This document shows, in pieces, positions 10,060-22,327 of a DNA stretch of 32,000 bases. Position numbers and translations under genes: made by a program. The notes below the pieces were generated by a model. That model saw only the letters and a list, made by a program, of their open reading frames with translations, did not search any database and was not told the DNA's origin. Origin of the DNA: Synechococcus sp. A15-28 (lineage in GTDB: Bacteria; Cyanobacteriota; Cyanobacteriia; PCC-6307; Cyanobiaceae); the NCBI RefSeq assembly GCF_014280175.1, contig NZ_CP047931.1:1800001-1832000 (forward strand), written 5' to 3'. Position 1 is the first letter of the stretch; each line of letters begins with the position of its first letter.

Positions 10060-10108
10060 TTAGATAAGGGTGCTGAGAAGGAAAGAAGAAGACGAATTCA
10101 GCCGCCGA

Positions 10109-10723
<615 letters not shown>

Positions 10724-10973
10724 CTAAGACTGGAGGCCCAAAGGGGGAAGATGCGCCCTGCCACGCTAAACCCCGGTTCCCGGCTGGGTTCCAAAACAGA
10801 CGCGGTCACGCAAGAGTTTGTCACCTTGGGGCACGAGTCAACGACTACCGGCAAGACCGTCGACCATCAAGGCTTCCAAGCCGGTCGGTCCATGTCGTGG
10901 GTCAGAGACGAGGCCCAACGGAGCCAAGGCAGACAGGTAGAAGGTTTAAAATTTCAGAGTCAGTCAGCATTTC

Positions 10974-11207
10974 ATGGATCAAACAGCCTCTGATCTGCCC
11001 AGCATTGCAGAATTACAGGAGTCTATTGACGAACTATCTGCATACCGAGAGAGACTTTTTCAGGATGTGGTCGGACTTGGAAAGAAGCTGCGCCTCTCGC
11101 AGAAAAAAATTGATTCGACAGTCGCTGAGCACGCAGAGCTAAAGCGTCTTGACGAAGTTATGTCACAACTTGTTGCGCAAAGAGATTCTCAGCAGTCTAA
11201 ATCTTGA
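10974..11207 (+). CDS. Small predicted coiled-coil protein of unknown function in the PBS region
   Basis: 77-aa ORF with an ATG start and a heptad-like charged sequence (IAELQESIDELSAYRERLFQDVV...AELKRLDEVMSQLVAQ). It is divergent from cpeBA and directly upstream of the S/U-type lyase gene. Confidence 0.5.
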   Translation: MDQTASDLPSIAELQESIDELSAYRERLFQDVVGLGKKLRLSQKKIDSTVAEHAELKRLDEVMSQLVAQRDSQQSKS

Positions 11208-11265
11208 ATTTTATTAGAAGGATTGATCCACAGTCTCAACACCTCAGCTCTGCAAGTTCAATCTA

Positions 11266-13393
<2,128 letters not shown>

Positions 13394-13540
13394 CAAGGGA
13401 GTTAAGCATTATGAACAGCCGTCGGGAGCCTCGCGAGCTGTTGGTCAGAATCGCAGGCGACGGGAAGAGGGCAATAGCCTTCAACCATCCCATCCAAGTC
13501 TGAGACCCCACTCCAGACGTAGTTCACAGGAACAACAACC

Positions 13541-14059
13541 ATGTTCGACGCCTTCACCAAGGTTGTCGCCCAGGCCGATGCCCGGGGACAATTCATCAGC
13601 ACCAGCGAGATCGATGCCCTCGCTGCCATGGTTTCCGACAGCAACAAGCGTCTGGATGCAGTGAACCGCATCTCCAGCAACGCCTCCACCATCGTTGCTT
13701 CCGCTGCCCGCCAGCTGTTCGCTCAGCAGCCTGCACTGATCGCCCCCGGCGGCAACGCTTACACCTCCCGCCGCATGGCTGCCTGCCTGCGCGACATGGA
13801 GATCATCCTCCGCTACGTCACTTACTCCGCATTCACCGGTGACGCTTCCGTGATGGAAGACCGCTGCCTGAATGGCCTGCGTGAGACCTACCTGGCCCTC
13901 GGCACCCCCGGTGCTTCCGTTGCCGCCGGCGTAAACCTGATGAAGGACGCTGCCCTGGCCATCGTCAACGACAAAGCTGGCATCTCCGCTGGTGACTGCG
14001 CTTCCCTGAGCAGCGAGATCGGCACCTACTTCGACCGCGCCGCCGCTTCCGTCGCCTGA
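13541..14059 (+). CDS. rpcB: Phycocyanin beta subunit (R-phycocyanin type expected in this context)
   Basis: 172 aa, [20 protein letters not shown].... Cys82 and Cys153 are the bilin sites, and the [14 protein letters not shown] motif is present. Confidence 0.92.
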   Translation: MFDAFTKVVAQADARGQFISTSEIDALAAMVSDSNKRLDAVNRISSNASTIVASAARQLFAQQPALIAPGGNAYTSRRMAACLRDMEIILRYVTYSAFTGDASVMEDRCLNGLRETYLALGTPGASVAAGVNLMKDAALAIVNDKAGISAGDCASLSSEIGTYFDRAAASVA

Positions 14060-14100
14060 GCGGCACCTGGATTCGACGTCTTTCATTCCCTTAACGATCC

Positions 14101-14589
14101 ATGAAAACCCCCCTCACCGAAGCTGTTGCAGCAGCTGATTCCCAGGGCCGTTTCCTGAGCAACACCGAAGTTCAGGCCGCTTCCGGTCGCTTCAACCGCG
14201 CCAAGGCCAGCCTCGAGGCTGCCAAGGCCCTCACCAGCAAGGCCGATGCCCTGGTGAACGGTGCTGCTCAGGCCGTCTACAGCAAGTTCCCTTACACCAC
14301 CCAGATGGAGGGATCCAACTACTCCGCCACCCCCGAGGGCAAGGCCAAGTGCTCCCGTGACGTGGGCTACTACCTGCGCATGATCACCTACTGCCTGGTG
14401 GCAGGTGGCACCGGCCCCATGGACGACTACCTGATCGCTGGTCTCGACGAGATCAACCGCACCTTCGAGCTCTCCCCCTCCTGGTACGTGGAAGCTCTGA
14501 AGCACATCAAGGCCAACCACGGCCTCAGCGGCGACGCAGCCACCGAAGCCAACAGCTACATCGATTACGCCATCAACGCCCTGATCTGA
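14101..14589 (+). CDS. rpcA: Phycocyanin alpha subunit
   Basis: 162 aa, [20 protein letters not shown].... It has a single bilin Cys at position 84 (KAKCSRD). Confidence 0.92.
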   Translation: MKTPLTEAVAAADSQGRFLSNTEVQAASGRFNRAKASLEAAKALTSKADALVNGAAQAVYSKFPYTTQMEGSNYSATPEGKAKCSRDVGYYLRMITYCLVAGGTGPMDDYLIAGLDEINRTFELSPSWYVEALKHIKANHGLSGDAATEANSYIDYAINALI

Positions 14590-14610
14590 TCAAGGTTCCG
14601 ATGCTTCACC

Positions 14611-14634
14611 AGCCTCCTTCGGGGGGCTTTTTTT
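14611..14634 (+). terminator. Rho-independent terminator or attenuator after rpcBA
   Basis: Stem agcctcc / ggggggct with one G-U pair, closed by a ttcg (UUCG) tetraloop and followed by T7 (14628-14634). The next gene starts 30 nt later. Confidence 0.7.
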
Positions 14635-14664
14635 ATTGTTTGTTCCCGGGCCCAACAGAACGCT

Positions 14665-15258
14665 GTGATCACCCTCCCTGTTCGGCGTTTTCTCAACCTG
14701 CTCTGCGGCGAGTACAGCAACCAGCAGCAAGCCTTCGACAACCCGCCCCTCTACGCCCACATCTTTCTGAGGTATCGGCCTCTGCCTCAGCTCACCCCGG
14801 GGTCGATCCTGCTGGAGCAGACCTACGCGGTGGATCCCAGCAATCCTTACCGCCTGAGGATGATTCGCGCCGAGGAACAACCCTCCGGCGCCATCAAATT
14901 GTGGAATCACACCTTTCGCGACCCGTCCCGCTTTGCTGGGGCAACCTTCGATCCGGACCTGCGCCTGGCCATCCAGGCCACGGATCTGATCAGCCTTGAT
15001 CAATGCCACTACCAGGTGCTGGAACAGGACGACGGCTACCACGGCGCCATGGAGGCGGGTTGCCAATGCATCGTGCGACGCGATGGCAAAGACACGGTGC
15101 TGGTGAGCAGCTTCCACCTGCAGGGAGAGTCGCTGCAGACCCTCGATCGCGGCCATGACCCGGACACCAATGAGCGTTGCTGGGGCTCGGTGGCGGGACC
15201 GTTCCGGTTCAAACGAACTGAAAGCTGGACGGCCGACATGGCATCGGCCTGGGTTTGA
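14665..15258 (+). CDS. rpcT: T-clan phycobilin lyase (CpcT/RpcT family), predicted to act on phycocyanin beta Cys153
   Basis: 197 aa with a GTG start. LCGEYSNQQQAFDNPPLYAHI is the CpcT-family N-terminal hallmark. The position directly after rpcBA fits. Confidence 0.8.
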   Translation: MITLPVRRFLNLLCGEYSNQQQAFDNPPLYAHIFLRYRPLPQLTPGSILLEQTYAVDPSNPYRLRMIRAEEQPSGAIKLWNHTFRDPSRFAGATFDPDLRLAIQATDLISLDQCHYQVLEQDDGYHGAMEAGCQCIVRRDGKDTVLVSSFHLQGESLQTLDRGHDPDTNERCWGSVAGPFRFKRTESWTADMASAWV

Positions 15259-16028
15259 TGGAACCGCTTAGTGAAACGCAGGTGATCCAAAACCTCCGCC
15301 AGACGGAGGACCCTTCGGCGCAGTACTACGCCGCCTGGTGGCTCGGAAAAATGCGCAGCCATCATCCCGATGCCATTCCGCTACTCCTGGACACCCTTGG
15401 AGCTCTCGACGACACTCCCGTCGATCCAGACCGGCGCGGCGTTGCCCTCAATGCCATCCGCGCCCTGGGCCTGCTGAAGGACCAACGCGCAGATGCCCCC
15501 CTGCGGGATCGGTTGCAGTCCAACGACTACAACGTGCGGGAGGAAGCGGCCCGCAGCCTTGGCACGATGGGCAGCTCCGCGGCCGCGGGGGCCATCCGTT
15601 CCCTGTTGGCCAGTGGAGTCGAGGGAGCCGGACGCGAGCAACCCTCGAGCCCCTTGCTGCAGGAACCCTGCGAAGCACTATTGGAAGCCCTGGGCGACAT
15701 CGGCATCAACGATGCAGCCACCCTGGCAACGCTCAAGCCCTTCACGCAGCATCCGCGTCCCCTGATTTGTTCGGCAGCCTGCAGGGCGTTGCTGCAACTC
15801 ACGGGTGATGCGCACTGGGGTGAGCAACTGATCCAGCTGTTGCAGCACCCCGAACCCCTGGTGCGGCGCGGAACCCTGCTGGATCTCGGTGCCACCGGAT
15901 GGACCGCTGCTGTGCCGACGATTCGTGCCGCCGCCGTGGAACCCAGCCTCAAATTGGTGGCTTTGCGGGGGCTGGCGGAGACGAGCGGAGACCCTCAGGT
16001 GCTCGATGTGATGGATGCTCTGCTCTAA
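15258..16028 (+). CDS. rpcE: Phycocyanin alpha-subunit lyase, E subunit
   Basis: It carries the CpcE hallmark YYAAWWLGKMR plus HEAT repeats. The ATG at 15258 overlaps the rpcT stop (TGATG); the track start at 15255 is a TTG one codon upstream. Confidence 0.8.
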   Translation: MEPLSETQVIQNLRQTEDPSAQYYAAWWLGKMRSHHPDAIPLLLDTLGALDDTPVDPDRRGVALNAIRALGLLKDQRADAPLRDRLQSNDYNVREEAARSLGTMGSSAAAGAIRSLLASGVEGAGREQPSSPLLQEPCEALLEALGDIGINDAATLATLKPFTQHPRPLICSAACRALLQLTGDAHWGEQLIQLLQHPEPLVRRGTLLDLGATGWTAAVPTIRAAAVEPSLKLVALRGLAETSGDPQVLDVMDALL

Positions 16029-16661
16029 ATGACCTCCCCTGCCCTGAGTGATGCGATCCAGGCCTTGGATCGCGCCAGCAGCACCCCCGAATTGGTGGAG
16101 GCCACGCGCGCGCTCTGCGCCCTCGGTGATCCCGAGGCAGCCGACATCCTGGTGAAGGTTCTGGGCTTCAACAACCCAGCCGTGGCGGCGGTGGCAACCC
16201 AGGGACTGATCCAACTGGGTCGTGACATCGTGCCGACCCTGCTGGTGAGCCTGGATGCCCGTAATTACGGCGCCCGAGCCTGGGTGGTGAAAGCCCTGGC
16301 TGCCCTTCGCGATCCACGGGGACTCGATCTTCTCGAGCACGCCCTCGACGCCGACATCGCACCGAGTGTGCGGCGATCAGCAGTCCGCGGCCTGGCGGAT
16401 CTGGACCTTGATCCCATGGCCAAGGAGCAGCAACTGCATCGCTGCATGCAGGGGCTGCTGAAGGCGGGGCAAGACGATGAATGGGTGGTGCGCTATGCCG
16501 CTGTCTTCGGAATCGAACAACGTTTGACCGATGCAGCGGGTGGTTCATCGCTTGCCGATCAGGCCATGCCGCTGTTGCGGACCCTGGCGTCCGATGCTGA
16601 GGATGCCAAGGTTGTGCGCCTACGGGCCGCCCTGGCCCTCCAACGCCTCAACGCCGGATGA
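16029..16661 (+). CDS. rpcF: Phycocyanin alpha-subunit lyase, F subunit
   Basis: 210-aa HEAT-repeat protein that starts immediately after the rpcE stop (TAAATG). It has CpcF-like repeats (VRRSAVRGLADL, VRYAAVFGIE, VRLRAALALQRL). Confidence 0.8.
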   Translation: MTSPALSDAIQALDRASSTPELVEATRALCALGDPEAADILVKVLGFNNPAVAAVATQGLIQLGRDIVPTLLVSLDARNYGARAWVVKALAALRDPRGLDLLEHALDADIAPSVRRSAVRGLADLDLDPMAKEQQLHRCMQGLLKAGQDDEWVVRYAAVFGIEQRLTDAAGGSSLADQAMPLLRTLASDAEDAKVVRLRAALALQRLNAG

Positions 16662-17137
16662 CCCAGAAACTGTTGTTCGTCTGCCTCGGCAACATCTGCC
16701 GCTCACCAGCGGCGGAAGGCGTCTTCCTGCATCTGCTGGACGAGCGTGGCCTCAGTGATCAGTTCGTGGTGGATTCCGCCGGCACGGGCGGCTGGCATGT
16801 GGGCAATTCGGCGGACCGACGCATGCAGGCGGCTGCCAACCGCCGCGGCATGAACCTCCCCAGCCGCGCACGACAGATCTGCCTGGAGGATTTCTCGAGT
16901 TTCGACCTGGTGCTCACCATGGATGACAGCAACCTGGCCGCCGTGCAGGGGTTGGCTCGCGAAGCCGGGTCCCAGGCAACGGCCAGGATCAAACCCATGC
17001 TCAGCTACGCCCGTCGGTTCAACGAAACCGAAGTGCCTGACCCCTATTACGGCGGAGATGCCGGCTTCGAGCATGTGCTCGATCTGCTGGAGGACGCCTG
17101 CGCCAACCTCCTGGACGAGCTCAGTCCCCAGGCGTAG
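16658..17137 (+). CDS. ptpA: Low-molecular-weight protein tyrosine phosphatase
   Basis: 159 aa. LLFVCLGNICRSPAAEG contains the C-x5-R-S P-loop signature, and a C-terminal DPYYG motif is present. The start overlaps the rpcF stop (ATGA). Confidence 0.9.
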   Translation: MTQKLLFVCLGNICRSPAAEGVFLHLLDERGLSDQFVVDSAGTGGWHVGNSADRRMQAAANRRGMNLPSRARQICLEDFSSFDLVLTMDDSNLAAVQGLAREAGSQATARIKPMLSYARRFNETEVPDPYYGGDAGFEHVLDLLEDACANLLDELSPQA

Positions 17138-18548
17138 GCCAGACCTCTTCAGCCACCCGCGAGCGGAACTGTTCCACCAGCGCATCAATCACTGCATCGA
17201 TGCTCATGCCATCGGTGATCAGTTCCACCGCATCGGCAGCCTTCACCAACGGGGCCTCCTCCCGGGTGCTGTCCAGCCGATCGCGCTCGGCGATCTGCGC
17301 CTCCAGCTCGGAGCGCTCTGGAACGGGAAACCCCCGCTGCTCCAGGTCGAGAGCCCGGCGCCGGGCCCGTTCGCCCACCGTGGCAGTGAGGAACACCTTC
17401 AGATCAGCATCCGGGAAAACAGCGGTGCCGATGTCGCGACCCTCCGCCACCAAGCCACCCTTGGCACCCATGGCCTTCTGCTGCGCGGTGAGCGCCTGCC
17501 GCACGCAACGGTGCGCTGCAACAACCGACACCAAGCCCGTCACCTCAGGGGATCGAATCGCTTCACTGACGTCCTCACCATTCACCAACACCTGCTGGCC
17601 ACTGCAAGGCAGTGACCGCAGCTGCAAATCCAAACTCTGGAGCAAAGGTGTAATGGCGGCAGCGTCGGTGGGATCAACACCGCTCTTCTGCACAAGCCAG
17701 GTCACCGATCGGTACATCGCACCGGTGTCGAGATAAATCAGGCCCATTCGCTCCGCAAAGGCCCGGGTGACGGTGCTTTTGCCAGCACCGGCTGGGCCAT
17801 CAATGGCAACGAGAGGCTGGCGGGTCATCAAAAAGACGTGATCGATCAAGCGTGTCGTTCCGCAGCGCACCGCCGCGGCCAGCAGCGAGATGGCTGTTTC
17901 AGACCCACAGGGCTGAAGCGTGATGGGATCGACCCTCTCTACATACTCCACCTCGAGACCAGCAGCTGAAAGCATGGAACGGATGATGTCCAACGGCGTG
18001 GTTGCATCAGCGGCCCGCAGGGCCGCAGGCAAGGTGGCGGCCTGATGCCGCTCCGCGGGCGTCAGATATCGGTTGCGTGAACTCATGGCCAGGCCATCGG
18101 CTTCGCGCACCGTGGCAACCCCCTGAACCTTTACAGGGATGCAGAGATCAGCCACCAACCGACGCAGGATCACCAGTTGCTGCCAGTCCTTCTCCCCCAG
18201 CCAGAGGCTGGCGGGCCGTACCAGATGCAACAGACGTGCCACAACCGTGACCACCCCATCAAAGTGCCCGGGACGGCCAGCTCCGCAGAGATGCTGCTGC
18301 AGCCCATCCGCTGCATTGCGGGAGGGACAGGCTCCATCGGGGTAGATCATCTGGACGGATGGAGCCCAGAGCGCCGCTGCCCCGCACCGATCGGCCAGAG
18401 AGAGATCGGTCTCCAAGCTGCGCGGATACCGATCGAAGTCTTCCGCGGGTCCGAACTGAAGCGGGTTGACGAACACGCTCACCAACACGGGGCCATGCGC
18501 CGCCGCTCGGCGGATCAGCTCTCCGTGCCCGTCATGCAGACCTCCCAT
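17121..18548 (-). CDS. panC: Bifunctional pantoate--beta-alanine ligase / cytidylate kinase (PanC-Cmk fusion). The true start lies upstream of 18548.
   Basis: The N-terminal half is PanC-like (PTMGGLHDGH, GHFDGV). The C-terminal half is Cmk-like (IAIDGPAGAGKSTV P-loop). The first ATG falls inside the conserved PTMG-x-LH-x-GH motif, so the coordinates given are a minimum. See the related finding. Confidence 0.88.
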   Translation of the reverse strand: MGGLHDGHGELIRRAAAHGPVLVSVFVNPLQFGPAEDFDRYPRSLETDLSLADRCGAAALWAPSVQMIYPDGACPSRNAADGLQQHLCGAGRPGHFDGVVTVVARLLHLVRPASLWLGEKDWQQLVILRRLVADLCIPVKVQGVATVREADGLAMSSRNRYLTPAERHQAATLPAALRAADATTPLDIIRSMLSAAGLEVEYVERVDPITLQPCGSETAISLLAAAVRCGTTRLIDHVFLMTRQPLVAIDGPAGAGKSTVTRAFAERMGLIYLDTGAMYRSVTWLVQKSGVDPTDAAAITPLLQSLDLQLRSLPCSGQQVLVNGEDVSEAIRSPEVTGLVSVVAAHRCVRQALTAQQKAMGAKGGLVAEGRDIGTAVFPDADLKVFLTATVGERARRRALDLEQRGFPVPERSELEAQIAERDRLDSTREEAPLVKAADAVELITDGMSIDAVIDALVEQFRSRVAEEVWPTPGD

Positions 18549-18628
18549 GGTGGGGACGAACTGAAGCGGTTGCGCAAGCCTGGAGAGAAAGGCATCCAGG
18601 TCAGCCTGCGTTGAGATCAGTAAGGCGG

Positions 18629-19219
18629 TCAGCGCAGCACCTCGAGCTTCACCTGGGCGATACCGGAACTGATCAATCCCAGGCTGGAGGCCGCTCCGTG
18701 CCCCAGATCAATCACGCGGTGATCCACAAAGGGCCCGCGGTCGTTGATGCGAATTACGGCTGAGCGTCCATTGCGGAGGTTGGTCACCCGCACTTTGGTG
18801 CCGAACGGCAAGGTGCGATGGGCGGCCGTCATCGTGCCCTGGCGGTAGATCTCACCGTTCGCCGTGTAGTTCCCGTAGAAGCCAGGGCCGTACCAGCTGG
18901 CTTCACCGGTGATGACCCGCACCACATCTGGCACCAACTTCAGCTTCGGCTCGGGCAGAACCGCCACCGGCGTCAGAACGGCGTTGACGTTGCGGTTTTC
19001 GGTGCTGTCCTGATCGAGCTCGTTCTCAACAGACAGATTGAGCTCCGAGGCAGGGTTCGAAAAGGGTTCAAGGTCGGCAGCAGACTCAACGAACAGCTCC
19101 ATGGGATCCAGGGGATCGAACCCGTCCTGATCCTCAAAATCCTGAGCGACAACAGGGAACAGCGCCGCACTGGCTGAGATTGCCCCGCACAGACCAAGGA
19201 GGGTAAGAACGACTCGCAT
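18629..19219 (-). CDS. rlpA: RlpA-like septal lytic transglycosylase / DPBB-domain lipoprotein
   Basis: The C-terminal DPBB motif is present ([21 protein letters not shown]...[18 protein letters not shown]...INDRGPF). The probable start is the internal [18 protein letters not shown] signal peptide at 19219; the track start is at 19279. Confidence 0.8.
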   Translation of the reverse strand: MRVVLTLLGLCGAISASAALFPVVAQDFEDQDGFDPLDPMELFVESAADLEPFSNPASELNLSVENELDQDSTENRNVNAVLTPVAVLPEPKLKLVPDVVRVITGEASWYGPGFYGNYTANGEIYRQGTMTAAHRTLPFGTKVRVTNLRNGRSAVIRINDRGPFVDHRVIDLGHGAASSLGLISSGIAQVKLEVLR

Positions 19220-19522
19220 GACAAGCGATCGACGAATTCTCGAAGACGAACCTCGGGAATGCGCAGACCTCAACTTCAAAACATCGAAAAGCTAAGAAGT
19301 TCACAACAAACACAACAGCAGGCACCAATCCAGCAACCGACACAGGACATCTGGACGCCATCAGAAGCCCCTGCCGGTCACAAGCGAGACCAAGACCCAA
19401 CCCCACCAGGGACATCAATCAGGCTTGATTCAGTCATCAGCGAAACTGATGTTCTGTTGATCCGGCTCTTCAGCCGACCATGGGTCGCCGGAGTTGCAGG
19501 ATCAATACAGCTCCTTCAGCCC

Positions 19523-20554
19523 ATGGACTACAAGAGTGCTGGCGTGGACGTCGAGGCCGGTCGGGCCTTTGTTCAACGGATCAAGTCCTCCGTTGAAGCA
19601 ACACATCGCCCGGAGGTGATCGGTGGACTGGGCGGCTTCGGCGGAATGATGCGGCTGCCGGCGGGTCTGCGACAGCCCCTGTTGGTTTCAGGTACAGACG
19701 GTGTCGGCACCAAACTCGAGTTGGCGCAGGACCATCACGCTCACCACAACGTTGGGATCGACCTGGTGGCGATGTGCGTGAACGACGTCATCACCTCCGG
19801 CGCACAGCCCCTGTTTTTTCTGGATTACATGGCCACAGGCGCGCTGAGTCCTGAGGCCATGGCGGAGGTCGTCGAGGGAATTGCCGACGGCTGCCGGCAG
19901 AGCGGCTGCTCCCTGCTCGGCGGCGAAACCGCCGAAATGCCTGGGTTCTACCCAGCTGGTCGTTACGACCTGGCGGGTTTCTGCGTCGCCGTCGTTGAAG
20001 AAAGTGAGCTGATTGATGGACGACAGGTGCAGACCGGGGACGCAGTGATCGGTGTGGCCAGCAGTGGTGTTCACAGCAACGGCTTCAGCCTGGTGCGCCG
20101 GGTGCTTGAACAGGCGGCTGCGGATCGATCCACCCGATATGGACCGGATCAGCGCCCTCTGATCGATGACCTTCTGAGGCCCACCCAGCTCTACGCCTCA
20201 CTGGTGCTGCAGCTCCTCAGCAGCAACGTTGCCATCCATGCCATGGCTCACATCACCGGTGGTGGACTTCCGGAAAACCTCCCCCGCTGCCTGCCGGAGG
20301 GATGCCGCGCCCAGGTGAATCCATCCAGCTGGGCTCCCCCCTCCCTGTTCGATTGGCTTCAACACGCTGGTGACATTCCAGAGCGAGCCCTCTGGCACAC
20401 CTTCAATCTCGGAGTTGGATTCTGTCTTGTAGTGCCGGAGGACCAAACCAACCTGGCGATTGAAACCTGTCGTGCCCAACAGCTGCAGGCCTGGCCGATC
20501 GGCAGCATCGTGAAGGGCAACCCTGAAGACGGAGTGATCGGCCTCCCGGACTAG
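19523..20554 (+). CDS. purM: Phosphoribosylformylglycinamidine cyclo-ligase (AIR synthetase)
   Basis: [13 protein letters not shown]... is the canonical PurM N-terminus, and the internal motifs GTDGVGTKL and DYMATG are present. The track ORF's 88-aa low-complexity N-terminal extension from 19259 is rejected. Confidence 0.92.
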   Translation: MDYKSAGVDVEAGRAFVQRIKSSVEATHRPEVIGGLGGFGGMMRLPAGLRQPLLVSGTDGVGTKLELAQDHHAHHNVGIDLVAMCVNDVITSGAQPLFFLDYMATGALSPEAMAEVVEGIADGCRQSGCSLLGGETAEMPGFYPAGRYDLAGFCVAVVEESELIDGRQVQTGDAVIGVASSGVHSNGFSLVRRVLEQAAADRSTRYGPDQRPLIDDLLRPTQLYASLVLQLLSSNVAIHAMAHITGGGLPENLPRCLPEGCRAQVNPSSWAPPSLFDWLQHAGDIPERALWHTFNLGVGFCLVVPEDQTNLAIETCRAQQLQAWPIGSIVKGNPEDGVIGLPD

Positions 20555-20683
20555 CGGGCAATTGCATCAAACTCCGAAAGAATCTTCGGAAACACTGGGA
20601 ACAAGGGAAAGATCCGTTTAAGATCTCATCAAGCAGACCGGAGTTGCCTCCGGACGCAGCGTCGATACATCGGCTTAAACGAC

Positions 20684-21316
20684 ATGCCACTTGATAGACC
20701 TCAGCGCACCACGCGCAGACGATCCTCTGCTGGACCGACTCCTCCCAGGCGTCCGATTGCTCCAGCCCATGAACGATCCAACGGCCACAGGCAGTCCCCT
20801 CGTCCCACATTCCTGACCCTCAGGGATCACGGCAAGGTCTACGTGGCAGATTTGCCCGACCTCTCCGACGGACAACTGGCTCACATCGGCAAAGAGGCTC
20901 AGGAGGTTCTCGACAGCCTCGAGCGTCGAATTCATGAACTTGAACAGAGTCTCGACCAGGGACCCCAGGACCGGGACACGCTGATCAAGGCGTCCACAAA
21001 GCGCGACGTCACCCTGCGCTTCCTGCGCGCGATCGAGGAGGAGAAGCAACTCCGCAGCAACAACCCGGCCCTGCGGTCCGCGGCCGGAGAATCCCTCCCC
21101 CGGACGTTCCTGGAGGTCGCACGGCACCGTCTGCCGGGCACCACATTCGATTCACTGCTCCAGGAGGCGCTCAAAGCCTGCGAGGAGAGCCAGGCAGCGG
21201 CAGCCCCGGTGCCTGCTCCGGTCCGCGAAAACGTGATTCCCCTGCGGGGCGACGCCCCAGCCAACAGCCTCCCCGTTGTGGTGAGTCCGGCTCCGGACAA
21301 CATCGCAGAAGCCTGA
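20684..21316 (+). CDS. Hypothetical protein with an Arg/Pro-rich N-terminus and a helical middle region
   Basis: 210-aa ORF with an ATG start. It fills the gap between purM and the aldo/keto reductase gene, and its composition fits the GC-rich backbone. No family was recognised. Confidence 0.45.
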   Translation: MPLDRPQRTTRRRSSAGPTPPRRPIAPAHERSNGHRQSPRPTFLTLRDHGKVYVADLPDLSDGQLAHIGKEAQEVLDSLERRIHELEQSLDQGPQDRDTLIKASTKRDVTLRFLRAIEEEKQLRSNNPALRSAAGESLPRTFLEVARHRLPGTTFDSLLQEALKACEESQAAAAPVPAPVRENVIPLRGDAPANSLPVVVSPAPDNIAEA

Positions 21317-21320
21317 GGAC

Positions 21321-22304
21321 CTACGCGCTCTGGAAGGGGTTGGACGGGGTGCGCACCGCGCACTGCCCGCGAGCCTCCGTCAGTTGTTCGATCTCTTCAG
21401 GCCTCAGGGACCAACCGAGGGCTCCGGCAACATCCCTGGCTTGTTCGGGGGTTCTGACGCCTGGAATCGGCTTGGTCCCCTGAGCTCGGCACCAGTTGAG
21501 TGCCACCTGAGCCATCGATACGTTGCGGGTTGCGGCAATGGCGGCAACGACGGTGCGGAGGTTCCGGCTGGCGGGCATCAACCTGTTGAACAACTGCCGA
21601 CGCAGAAAGGTTCCTGATCGACGCTCCGCCTTGGGCGACAGGGTCAGCACACCAAAGGCCAGGGGGCTGTAAGCCAGCACCTCCACACCGCGCTCATGAC
21701 AGAGCTGCCGTAACGCATCAGCCTTGGCATCCCCCGGAGAGAGAAGAGAGTACTGCACCTGCACACTGCGCAAAGGGACCCCACGCTGCGCCAGCCGTTC
21801 ATGCATCCAGGCCAACCGTTTCGGGCCGATGTTGGACACACCGACTTCGGCGACGGAGCCATCGAGAACGCGATCCGCCAGACCATCGAGAAGCTGCACC
21901 TCCTGCCAGGGGGCGTAGCGCGCTGTGCTCCAGTGCAGCTGCACCCGTCGCAGATGACCCTGAAGTCGTTGTCGACTGGCCTGAAGCGCCTGATCAAGGC
22001 CCCGTCGTCCGAGCCTCCAGGGGAACGGCGCCAGTTTGGTGGCAATACACAACTGGTCCCGACGCGTCGCCGGAAGACGTGCTGCGAACTGCCCCAACAG
22101 CTGCTCACTGCGTCCATCGAGTCGCCCGGTGCCGTAGGAGTCAGCCGTATCGATCAGGTCAAGACCTGAGGAGAGGGCCTGGCGAAAGGTCTCCTCCAGA
22201 CGGCCATCATCCCGTTCGGCCTCGTAGCCCCACAGCAATTGATTGCCCCACGCCCAAGTACCGAATCCGATGCCGTTCAACGGGTCCCCTCCTCTGCCCG
22301 TCAT
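21321..22304 (-). CDS. Aldo/keto reductase family oxidoreductase
   Basis: 327 aa. IGFGTWAWG is at the N-terminus, followed by the DTADSYG motif and a fold-length sequence typical of AKRs. Confidence 0.85.
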   Translation of the reverse strand: MTGRGGDPLNGIGFGTWAWGNQLLWGYEAERDDGRLEETFRQALSSGLDLIDTADSYGTGRLDGRSEQLLGQFAARLPATRRDQLCIATKLAPFPWRLGRRGLDQALQASRQRLQGHLRRVQLHWSTARYAPWQEVQLLDGLADRVLDGSVAEVGVSNIGPKRLAWMHERLAQRGVPLRSVQVQYSLLSPGDAKADALRQLCHERGVEVLAYSPLAFGVLTLSPKAERRSGTFLRRQLFNRLMPASRNLRTVVAAIAATRNVSMAQVALNWCRAQGTKPIPGVRTPEQARDVAGALGWSLRPEEIEQLTEARGQCAVRTPSNPFQSA

Positions 22305-22327
22305 GATCGCCCCATCGACTCAATCCC

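Noticed and set aside
19259-19522. N-terminal 88-aa extension of purM, and the CA-rich tract around 19300-19400.
   Set aside because: The extension is low-complexity (Gln/Pro/Thr-rich), and the canonical PurM N-terminus [13 protein letters not shown] starts at 19523. The CA-rich stretch is best read as part of the divergent rlpA/purM promoter spacer, and I could recognise no RNA motif in it.
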